Source: Dimorphilus gyrociliatus (taxonomy: Eukaryota > Animalia > Annelida). From it: a stretch of DNA of 48,135 nucleotides. Of this stretch, positions 37,401-48,135 are shown in pieces; the first letter of the stretch is position 1, and each line of letters opens with the position of its first letter. The notes below the pieces were generated by a model. That model worked only from the letters and a program-made list of their open reading frames with translations. It did no database searches and was not told where the DNA came from. The stretch lies in the NCBI GenBank assembly GCA_904063045.1, contig CAJFCJ010000090.1, positions 1 through 48,135 of the forward strand, written 5' to 3'. The position numbers and the translations under genes are program-made.

Positions 37401-40342
37401 GACCATTTGGGCAATCTTCAACAAAATTACAAATAGATTGAAAGCTTATTTGTAAGGTTTGAGAGCAAGAGAATTGTTCAACTCTTTCACAATTGAGTTC
37501 ATCTTCACCAGAGAAACAATCGTTAATTCCATCACAAACATATGAGAAATGAATACAAATTGTATCAATTTTACAATAGAATGAATTATTAGGACAATTA
37601 GTTACTACAAAATTATAATTATTTAACACCTCATGAATATTCAAATTAGATTTCTCTAATTTTCAAAAAACAGAAATGAATGTTAGTTGATAAAATTTAC
37701 ATTTAAATTACTTATGAGTTTTTTACAAAAAATATGATAGAAACGCCTTATATGACAATTTAATCTCTCTAGAAGAGTGTTTGTTTTAATTAACCTTGTA
37801 TTATAGTTGGCTTTCTTAGCAACAAAACATTTGTCAGCTCTAGTCAAATATGGAAAGAGAATACTTTGTATATAAGGAAAACAGGCCATTGACAAACTTT
37901 TTGTAATAAAAAAATAGATGAGGAATTTTTAAATCTATGTAAATGACAAACAGAAAATTATCATAATTACATTGGCCTATTATGGACTAGATTTGATGCT
38001 ATCTCGTATGGTCTATCATCGCTATAAACCAATATTTCTCTACCTTTAACATCTTTCTGTTGTTTTAAAACTATGAAAGAAAAAATAAATAAATAGTGTT
38101 TCGTTGGAAATATAGGTCTAGGTTACTTCCTGGAAATTCCCTCCTGTATTTAGGGTTAAGTTGAACCCTTTTTTCATTCCCTACCACTATATATTTTGTC
38201 TGATCGTAAAGCTTAGTCATAAAATTATATTCGTCAATATGAAAACTTGGAAGGATCATATCCATTTGTTGGCAAATGTTGGATGAATCTTTTATAGATA
38301 TTAACCTATTACTTTGATATAGAAGATAGCAGTTGTCTTGGAAAGAATAGGAAGTCACATTTAATTTACAACCTTGATCAATTGTCAATAAAGATTTGCT
38401 TTAATTAGTTTTTTCAGTTGAAGAATTTAATTCTATTTACCTATTTCAATAGTGTCTTTACATTCTAGAACAACAAATGGGTTATTGTATTGGTAGTGTG
38501 TTATGTGATGAGGTCTGTGGAGACAAAAAGATTATTATAGATTTGGCTGTATATGCATGTATGTCTCTCTTTCTTCCACTTCCATTATCTCTCCTCTAAA
38601 ACTCACTGATAAATAATAATACTACTCGATTTGAGAAGGGAAAGAGTACAATTGTTTTGCAGAAAAGTTCCATTGCATATGAATGAGAATAATTGTAAGG
38701 TATCAATATTTTGTAGGTCACCAGGTACAATTGTACCGCTTTCATAACCAAAATGTTTACAAATTGCTGTCACTTGTAAATACGTTAAATCTAATAATTT
38801 TGTATTATACCAGTATTGATTATAAAATATTTGAAATAGCCCTTGAAATTTCCCCTTAGGCCTATCTTTTCTATTATACAGAGACATTTTATGATGAAAG
38901 AGTCGTAAATCCATTTCTAAAAAGGTTTCATTCATTATTTTTGATTTCCATTTTTAAATATTTTTGATAATTGAACTTTACTTGAAAAGTTGTGCTTTTT
39001 ATCTTCACAGAAGGGTGAGATGATATAGCTACTCGTGCTGATTTCATTAAAAATTTCACATCCCCATAATAGGGAATTATCCCACTTACAAAACATTAAT
39101 TTAGTATTTGGAGCTTGATCTAAATGTTGATTAATAAGTGGATGACATTGACGAGAACCACCTGTCCATGTTTTTCGATTCTTCGGTACAAATGGTAATG
39201 CCAATTGTCCAGATAATTGGCAAATACCTTTAGCAATATCAATATAATTTGTTTTTATATCAAAACGTAATGGTAAGAATCCAAATGTTTTAGATTTAAT
39301 TATATAAGAAAGTGAATTTTCAACTCTTGGTAAAAGTAATTGATGAAACTTTGACATTTTAACTAAATTACTGTCTAGAATTTTAAAAATTATAAAAAAA
39401 GTATACATTTAACCTTTGTTGACCTTTTAATTGAGTAAAGTTGCATAATAGTCTTTTTATTTTATTAGTGGAATTCAAATTATATTTTGTCAAATTACCA
39501 AAATTTTTATTGAATGTTAAAAAGTGTGTTGAATTAATTTCATTTTCTTTAATATTTCTTTTATAAAACTGAATTTCATGACAAAATAATTCATTTTTTT
39601 TATTGTTTGTAAAATCAATGCGATATGTCATCGCGTAACGTCTAGACAATATTTCGAAAGGGTCTCGTCCCATTGAAAATGTAGATGCAAAGAAATCTAT
39701 AAATAGAATACAAAAACATGAATTTTTTTTGCATGTTTGTAGTGTTTGCTTGTTTACAAATTTTTCCAAACATAAAACATTTTATACAAAATGATTGCAG
39801 TTTATCATAGAATTTCAATAATTTAAGTCTGGAAAAAAACAGAAGTATGGGATTCTTTTAAAGAATAAATGATGTCACAAAATTTCTTACAGAACAACTC
39901 TATTAGATTTTTCATAATTTGGTAAAATAGTTGGAGTGTCTAGAAGGAAAAAAAAGTTGTCATTTTGTAAATTTATATTGAAATTTCCTCTCTCTCTCTC
40001 TTCACCATGATCTGACGGACAAGCTTGAGCTATGAAATGTATATCATCGTATCCCATTTGCTTGCAAAGTAATTTTACATGTTTATCATGTAAATTTGAT
40101 TGAAAAGCAACATATTGAGTAATATTTTGAGGTGATATTTGAATTTGTAATTTTCCATAAATTGAATAATTATCATTTATCAAAGGTTTTATTGAATAAT
40201 TATAAGAATTATGTAGAAAATGTAATGTTAAATTTTTGTATTTAATTTTACATCCATAAAAATCTATATTTAAAATTATTCTTTGAAAATTAAACCACAG
40301 AATTATGATGAAAAGATTATCTAGAAATTTTGAATAATTCAT
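34433..40342 (-). CDS. Multi-domain LGR/GRL101-like GPCR: SRCR-like repeats, C-type-lectin-like domain, multiple LDLa, LRRs, 7TM
   Basis: Putative start and signal MNYSKFLDNLFIIILW; SRCR-like LLCKQMGY, GICQLSG, GLFQIFYNQYW..AICKHFGY; CTL-like FQDNCYLLY..SSNICQQMDMILPSF; about 6 LDLa; LRRs; hinge LCCF..C.P..SSCSDL; TM1-7 with TIERY and PLNSVINPFLY. Not every junction was checked and the 3' end is approximate. Confidence 0.88.
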
Positions 40343-40974
40343 TGTCAAAAATTTTTTAATATCAATGAGATAAGTTTTTCCATCTTTTGTATAATAGCAT
40401 CTTGCTTGTAATTTGTTCAATTAAGTTTGTAATTGTAGATTCTTTTTTTATTATCATTTTTCGTAAGTGCTTAATTAGAACATCTCAAAATGGAACTTTA
40501 CTCTAAATTAATGAAATCAATACTAGCATTTTTTCTGCTTTATTCCTTGTAAACCTAATATTTAAACATTGAATTGGGAAAAATTTTTTTTATGGAAGTC
40601 GTCTTTAAAACCAATTAGAGACTTGGTACAGGAACAAAAAACACTAAAAAGATGCATGACAAAAATGATATATATTTATATAATACCAGAGTATTATACT
40701 CAAGTTCAAATTGGTTACATTTCACATAACATTGCAAATTCTCTAGCAGCAACTTCCGTTATCATAACTTTCGTTTTGTGCTGTATTGTAAGTTGCAGTT
40801 CCCTTAGCATTAATTTTTATATATATTCTATTCTTTACTTGTAGACATAATAATCCTTCAATTGTGTCTTGTCATTTCCTTACAATATTCAAATATTCAG
40901 AATACATAACCAATTTTTTATTATTTCCATACGTATCAACCATAATATTACTTGGGTAGACCTAAAAAGGGATT

Positions 40975-41035
40975 CACCCCTAATGGGCACGGTTTTACCC
41001 CAATTTGGTACGATTTCACCCCTATTTACAAGCAA
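40975..41035 (+). repeat. 3 x ~21-bp CG(G/A)TTTCACCCCTA repeat; inverted copy at 48001-48020
   Basis: GGATTCACCCCTAA / CGGTTTTACCCCAA / CGATTTCACCCCTAT. Likely subterminal repeats of another DNA element. Confidence 0.4.
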
Positions 41036-41526
41036 AATTCAGGGTTGAAGTGGCTTGCAATAGGTCAAAATATCCTAAACCCATAGGGTATATATGAAAA
41101 ACAGAATAATTAACATAAGTACATTACAAAATATGGTAATTTGTTTAAAAAAATTCATAGCAACACATGAACCAGTCTACATACAAATCATTAATTTATA
41201 AAGGAGATATTAGCTTTTCACCAGTTGGTATTGAAGTTTCCATAACAAAACACATGCCAACATTTAAACAGAAATTATATGTAAGTTTTAGTGACATAAT
41301 CTAACTTTCTTTCCTTCTTGTAAATCTTTAATAATTATACAGTTCTTTAATTGTTTGTGTCTATCAAAAATAGTCTTTTTAAGAATAATTTTTTTGAGGA
41401 AACTCTTGTTTCTGAGACATTACTATTGTTAGCAATAAAAAGTAAGAATGATATATTAATAAAAAGAATAAAAGACTTGAAAGCTACTAAACAGTAAATA
41501 TTTTAAGGGTAACTTCGGTAAGAAAT

Positions 41527-42058
41527 TCAGAAAGAGTCTTGTGAGAAAACGCTATATGCTATATTTTTGTAAATTTTGTGCTCTAGATAACAATTCTTAA
41601 ACATGAATTTAACATTGAATATTGAATGGTCAGATTTTTGTTCAAAAGTCTCATTAAGAGAAATATGATCATCTGATTTTGCGTGACTAGCAGCCATATT
41701 TGTATTCCTTATGTTTTTTTTATCAATTTTACCAGAAAACCATTGAGATATCTCTTCGAAAAATACCAAAAAGCATAACTCATTAAAAAATTATCAAAAC
41801 TCTTATAAATCTAGATTCAGTATTATCAATCTTTAAGATTCCTCTTCTGTCTTTGTTTGGTTCAAAGTCATCATAAGAATGCCAAAGTATATCTTTTTGT
41901 ATTGCTAATTCAACGGCAAAGTAAGTATATGCATTAAGTCTTTGTTGAGAAATAATAGAAGTTGTGGGAGCATTTCTTGCTTTTTTTAAATCTTTAATCC
42001 TACTTGGGTATGTTCGTACCTTTTTTTCCTTTGTTTTATTATTGAATTTTGTGTGCAC
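41527..42058 (-). other. Broken ORF of unknown identity, possibly a hAT-associated zinc-finger remnant
   Basis: Two adjacent ORFs; HAKSDDH loosely resembles the HxxSxxH end of TTF-type fingers, but the Cys pair is not seen. Confidence 0.25.
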
Positions 42059-43625
42059 TTCGGATCGATATAGATGCTTTCTAGAAAACCGTAGACTTAA
42101 CTCAATACTATTTAATATGAATGCTTAACAATAGCACTGTGCGCGGGGTACACACAATACTATTTTACGTATATACCGGATGCACGTATGCACTTATAAA
42201 ATTCTTACAAACAAATGAAATGAATTTAGCATTAGTTATAGAACAACATTAGTCTTTCTTTAACTATATACGAACGTTAATTTAGCAGTTAGCTAAAGAG
42301 TATCAAAAGGTCAAACTTGACTATTGCTGACTTTTGGATGGGTTTCAACTTCTACCATTCAATAGTTGAATTGCATGTTACCAAAATTGCTACGTCTTAT
42401 GAAAGAAGCTGACCACCTAAATTTATCGGACCTAATTACTCAGGAAGAATGGAACCAATTAAAGGTAGAGCCATTTTTAGAACTTTGTGTCAGGCATTAC
42501 TCTGCATTTTTGAAACTTTGAAATTGTGAACTGTTAAACTCTTAGGAAAATATATAAACCCTATGAATTTAACAGTTGTTAGCTTAGTTTTCTAATCACT
42601 TGTTTAGAGATAAAAGCTCAGAATACTCAATAAATATCTTACAAGATTGTTTACCAACTTGTATCACGAAATTATCAAATATTTTCGTTTCAATTTTATT
42701 TGTAATTCTTGTTATTTCTCTCACTCCCTACTGTTATGTTTTCTCCCCTTTTTATACTTTCTCAGTTTTACTCCTGTCATTTATATGGGTGTTTGACTCT
42801 ACTCATTCCTGTTGATGATACCACGTTCACGGTTTGACTTGATTTCAAGTCAGACCGATTACTTATGATTGTGACTTTAAGTCACCCGTCCTCAAGACTT
42901 AATTTCAGGTCATGTTGACCCCTTATAAATGTAATCTTAAGTCAATCGTCTTCATGACGACACTCACTCTCTCTCCTTTGCACACATTCACCCTGCCACA
43001 TACGCACTCCGACACACACTTACTGACACACAACGTTGCAAGCATACTGAACAGAACTGAACAGAACATTATATATTATGTGGTAGTTTGAGTCAGTGAG
43101 TGTATGTCAGTATGTATGTCAGTGTATGTCACTGTGAGTCAGTGTCACTTATAGGGGTAACTGGACTTAGCCAAAGCTAGGACGGTTCAGTTGACTCGGG
43201 GCCTCATCACGGGGGTAACTACCGACGTGGCGCGAACGTGGCACCACGAATGAGCAAAGCAATGCACCCAATTAAGTGCCGCCAGCAAGGTATAAAAAGT
43301 GTGAATATATCAGAACAGTGAGAGAAAACAATGAATACCCTAAAATATAATTTAGATGGAATTGTTCACAATTCCGTGATACAAGCGAAAAACAAATCTT
43401 GTAAACACACCATGTTTTGTTCACATATCTTATTTGGTAAAGTACTGGCATTCTGTTGAAAGTTTAATACAAATCTTTGGACAAATATCATTTATTTGCT
43501 CATACTGGTGGACGAACTTGAGGTTCTATTTGGACCAGTACTTTGGTGTATTATTAAATGAGCGGTACGGACCACTATAGTTGAGATGAGAACGAAATTC
43601 CTATGATCACGATACAACAGAATAT
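42052..43625 (+). mobile_element. Diverged family-B-related LTR interrupted by foldback element Z
   Basis: TGTGCAC start. Patchy identity to LTR-B (AAAATTGCTACGTCTTATG, TATATAAACCCTA, GTGGACGAACTT, GGTTCTATTTGGACCAGTACTT, GATACAACA) resumes after 43404. Confidence 0.6.
42642..43401. mobile_element. Foldback-family element, full length (copy Z, 760 bp)
   Basis: TA-CAAGATT...AATCTTG-TA ends, inverted arms, palindrome at 42831-42856, CA/TG microsatellite centre; splits a host LTR. Confidence 0.8.
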
Positions 43626-44229
43626 TACCAACAATTTCTGACTGATGGAGGTTTATTACTGTTTACACTACATAAATGACATATGTCTCACATAACATAT
43701 CAAAATATGAATATCATTGTTACATTAAATCTAGTGTAGCGAAAATTGTACAATATTCATGGAACAAATACTAACCCAGATATTTTGACTATCTTTAAGA
43801 CAGCAAGGCTAACAATAACTAAAAAAGAAATGATAACAAAAACAAACAGTCATTTATATTAGACCTTTGATATGTCAAATAAACATTGCGTAAATTTTTT
43901 ATTTAAAGAAAAATTAAATTTTGATCTTTTTTGTAGAACTTTTCTAACAAATTCACCAAATTTAAACATATCATCTCTTTCAACATCAATACTAGATATC
44001 TTTATATTGCAAAACACAAATACAAAAGATTTTAGATAATCCCTAATCCTTTTTATTTTATTTATTTTTTAAGTTCAACCAACCTTGAATTCTGGTATAA
44101 TTAAATAGTACTCTTGATTGTTATTCTAAAAATAAATAGTAGTTTTATTATTGTTTATTTAAAAAAAAAAGAAAATCTTTCTCTTACATTTACTGCAATA
44201 CTATTTAACAGATCAAAATTAGCAAATGA

Positions 44230-45215
44230 TAAAGAATAAGAATTAGCTTTTTTATTGCTTTACAAACTTTTAAGTAAAGACATAGTCGTGTGTAGGTAAT
44301 AAAATGGATCCTTTACAATCTTGAATGTTTCATCAATAAGTCAGTAATTTGATTGATCAAGCAGTTTAAGTTGATGTCTGATAACAAATACAAGCAATGT
44401 CTCTTTATTTTCATAGTTGTCATCATTCAACAAATCATTTGGGATGAAATATTTATTTGAATTATAGTCTTCTTCTCTTAGTTCATTTGGCCTTACTTTT
44501 TGACTTGTAAAATTAGCAACTCTTTTAGTTTAAAAACATTTAGAAGACAATCTGTTTTAAGCTTCCTTTGTCTTTTAAGAGAATTGTTCTGAGCTTCCCT
44601 GTATAAATGCTTTTCCTTTCTGGCATATTTTCGGAGGGCATCTTTGTTTTTTGGTTCTCTTACTGCACACCCAGATTTTACTTTTTGAAGTTTTAGCTTC
44701 GAGTGTAAATGAAAATGGGACCGGTCGAAAACGGCCATAAATGAAATATTTGAAAGTTAAATTTCAGCCTGGGAAATGGTTAGGAGGAATAAGATAACTG
44801 TTGATATGTTCTTAGGAGGGTCCCATCTAAGGGTTAGGGGTATTCAAAAAGGTTAGGCAAAAACAAGGGCTGGGTTAGGGTTAGGGTAAAACCATAGATT
44901 TATGGCCGTTTTCTACCACATCCAATGAAAATCCATCATTGATTAGAATATCTTTTACCAGCTGACTTTCACCTTTAATTATTAAAGTTGTCATTCATAA
45001 TTTCTTGCAAGGTGTTGATATTTCCATTGTTAAATATTCCATTGTCATTCACATTTGCAGCCATTAAACCCTCACTTGCATCTTCATTCACATCTACATG
45101 TATCACACCAGCACTTAAATTCTCATCCATTTCATTTTCGCTTTTTACAGCTATGAAAATTTCCATCACCATCACCAAACTCTGGTACACCTGAAACATG
45201 ATCATTGTGCTCACT
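44230..45215 (-). mobile_element. Decayed MULE transposase N-terminal/catalytic part, MITE inserted
   Basis: FIPNDLL..LLVFVIRHQLKLLDQSNY*LIDETFKIVKDPFYYL matches the MULE W..DGTFK.V..PF region. Confidence 0.75.
44717..44923 (+). mobile_element. 207-bp TTAGGG-bearing MITE
   Basis: TIR GAAAACGGCCATAAAT/ATTTATGGCCGTTTTC; perfect 9-bp TSD AATGAAAAT. Confidence 0.9.
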
Positions 45216-45780
45216 TGGATTATCTAATCTAAAAAGATAACAGTTTTGAATTAAGAGAACATAGCCAACATATGTTACTACATAATGGAATGAAACTAGC
45301 ATTGATATGAAGGTCGTGCATTATGTAAAATGTAACATTTTTGACATGCAATTTTTCAGCGTTCTTTGTTGTTTTGCAGCATTACATTCATGGTTTGGTT
45401 TTCTTACATTCAATCATCACTTTGTTTATATTTTAATAGGAAGGAAGTAACAAAGATTAATAGTCAAGTTCCTCGTTTTTGAGAAAGTTTATTAAATTAT
45501 ATGGATGAAACTGTACCAATTTTACTGGAATGTTAAATAGATTGTGTGTAGCTAAAAATAGCTGATACTTTGAATATCTACAAAGCTCTATACATAAATA
45601 ATATTTAATTTAAGAGAAATGGAATACACATTAATCATATTAATAATTTATTACTGCAAAACTATATTTCTTTTGAAATTACAAAAGTATAAATTACGAA
45701 GAAATTATTTAAAATTGTATCTCTTAAATAGTCATCCTTACTAGGATATTTTTGAATTATCTATAAGGATTAACAATAGT

Positions 45781-46112
45781 AGGGGGAGGATATAATAGAT
45801 TGAATAATATAGTATGTCAAAAATGATATTTTGTATATCGGCTGGTGGTGATGTGTGTGCAATAAACGATCCCCAGAACGCGAATCGCGAAATGTGTGTG
45901 CACGTGGAAAAGTATGTGTTTCTTGTATGTAAATCAAAAGTGCTCGGTGACCGTCGGGCCTGGTGTTGAGCAGTGCCTGACGGTAGCATATAAAAGCACG
46001 GTCGAGTTTGTATGAGCACAACGGAAAATAAAACTTAGACAGATTGCTATTGCAGCCAATCCGTATATATGAAACAATAATTGTGAAGCAACCACTTTTG
46101 TAGATATTATCA
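45781..46112 (+). mobile_element. Possible polypurine tract plus 3' LTR of a third family
   Basis: AGGGGGAGGA followed by a CpG-rich ~320-bp segment with TATAAAAG (~45989) and AATAAA (~46027). Termini are degenerate and no TSD was found. Confidence 0.4.
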
Positions 46113-46480
46113 TCTGAAAGATCACTTTATTAGCTGATTGATGAATGGAAGAAGATTGGGGTAGGTTAATTATCATCTATGAAAAACTCATGTCTACGAA
46201 GAAGATTATCAAGTATATTTTGAGACAGAGAGGAAAATTAATGACTTAGAAGAATTTGGCTGTTGAATTATTAATTCAAGTATCATGAAATTATGCAACG
46301 CAATATTTATTTTTAAATAGTTTTAATAATGAAGGGTTTCATGTGTCATGTATTAGTCACTTTTAAAAAGATGACAATCTTGTCATACACCAAGTTGGTA
46401 CTTTCATGCTATAAGGTTTAGGGTGAGTACTAGTTCATATAGAACTGAATTATTACTATCCATTTTGGGAGAAATGAATG

Positions 46481-47056
46481 TGTACACTTATGAATTATAG
46501 TTTATAGATATTTTATAAATAATACTTACTATATGGTAGAAGTGTTGAAGTAGATGTTGCCTCTGGGATAGATGGTACTGAAGTGCCAGAATCAACCCCT
46601 TTTATAGGCAAAGGATAAGATATTACATAACCAAACATGTTGACAACAACAATAAGTGTTTATTTACATAAATATGATGTAACAATTGACCTTTGAGGTA
46701 AACCTACACAAAGTTGTTGTTGTTTACATCACTATTGCGTAATTTGATAACCCTTGACCCTGTTTGTTGTGAACAATCCTTATCTGGGGTTAGACCCTTG
46801 TTGTTGACAGCTAAGGCATAAACAACTGATAAGGAATTGTATAAAAGCAGGGTGTTGGTAGTAACAGGCATGCAGTCCTGAATCAACTCCCTTAGTGAAC
46901 AGGTCTAGTATTACTTTAGAATACAGTTATATTATTTCTTACATTTTGGTTCTATATTCATCCTCCCTCAATTCTACATCTCTCTTCTAAGTGGCTTACT
47001 CCTAATTCGGTTCTATTTGGACCAGTACTTACCTACAACCCCAGCAGGAAAGTACA
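46481..47056 (+). mobile_element. Solo LTR, family A (576 bp)
   Basis: TGTAC...GTACA termini, perfect 5-bp TSD GAATG; collinear with 3970-4547. Confidence 0.92.
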
Positions 47057-47534
47057 GAATGTAAATTTGAATACACAAAATGAACCACCTTACATAGTTA
47101 TTATGTTTTAGAGTGCTTAGGTCATATAAGTTTTACATCAGCAAATAACTAGCCACTTCTCATGCAGTTTATCATTTTGAGAAAAATTTTCCTGGTTTTT
47201 TAAATGGATTCTTTATAGAGAGAGGAGTAAGGAATTAACTATATTTAATATGCTGTATTAAATTATTTAAGCATTATATACAGACACAATAATACAAATT
47301 TTTCTCTACAATAAAGGTATACATTATTCTTCTGCTGTATGCCAAACTACATAAAACATTCGAAATCTTATGATGTTTTATTGATAGTTTTAGTACATGA
47401 ATTTGAAAGAAAAACTTCATCTATTATCTAATAAAGGAAGGCCTGTATATATTAACCTTGCAAAGTTAATAAATGGTTATTATTCACTTATAGTCTGTTA
47501 CTTTTTACATTTTCCTCACTGAGTAAATAGAGAT

Positions 47535-47984
47535 ATGGCAAAATATTTATTAAGAAGTTTTGTAACAATTGTCAATTGCTTAATAAACTGCTATTACACA
47601 CTAGGTCAGTTGACAATGATATTTATATATGCTGTATATATATTGAGTAACACAACATCTCATTTTTAAAAGAAACGGAATGTGATTACAATATAAAGTC
47701 AGGAGATGTTATTTATGGGAATGCATTTTCTGTTCCTGAAATTAGTATTTCATATGCAGTACTTCCTTTGGATATGTGCCAAAAGAATTGCTCAAAATAT
47801 GATACTTGCAGGTAAGTTTAAAAAAATGTTTACTTTTAAAAGAAAATTCTTTTAATTCAAATTCATTCAATTATAAAAAGATCATTTGATTTCGAGCCAG
47901 ACATATCGAGGTGTCATTTAAACAAAATGATTTCACCAGTACAAAAAGATAATAATTTCATACTGAATGTAAAAGACTTTTGCT
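47535..47984 (+). CDS. Secreted PAN/Apple-domain protein, 5' part (3 exons; probably continues beyond the window)
   Basis: Signal-like MAKYLLRSFVTIVNCLINCYYTLG. Spliced frame ETECDY...DMCQKNCSKYDTCR/SFDFEPDISRCHLN fits the PAN pattern. Confidence 0.75.
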
Positions 47985-48135
47985 GTGAGTATATAAGGAA
48001 TAGGGGTGAAACCGTACCCATTGTTAACTTAACATGTTTATTAAAAACTTGTGATAATAAAGTCTATGTTATACTGATATAATGTATATAGCGAAATGTT
48101 TAAAAATACATTTATCTAAACAATTAAAACAATTA

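Noticed and set aside
41527-42058. piggyBac transposase
   Set aside because: No DE.M/KP.KYG core motifs and no TTAA-flanked ends were found.

Overview
AT-rich eukaryotic (invertebrate, probably lophotrochozoan) genomic DNA with short GT-AG introns and one assembly gap (28608-29076). The taxon is inferred from the gene families, not established. Host genes: a secreted GDPH/ITIH-C-like protein; a MAM x4 plus catalytically dead trypsin-like protein; two PAN/Apple proteins; a discoidin-like pseudogene; an orphan class A GPCR; and several GRL101/LGR-type LDLa-LRR-7TM paralogues, of which one looks complete (34.4-40.3 kb) and the rest are decayed. These genes are interleaved with many transposon relics: a Ty3/Gypsy pol, gag remnants, mariner, scattered MULE pieces, two solo-LTR families with TGTAC...GTACA ends and 5-bp TSDs, and a ~207-bp TTAGGG-bearing MITE family. 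The least explained structures are (i) a family of ~760-800 bp foldback elements whose arms carry outward-facing TATA/initiator-like motifs and a subterminal hairpin with compensatory changes, (ii) an invariant 22-mer shared by otherwise unrelated LTR families, and (iii) a 41-bp minisatellite found at gene and TE truncation points. All assignments are by eye from motifs; no database searches were run. No rRNA, tRNA or CRISPR features were recognised.
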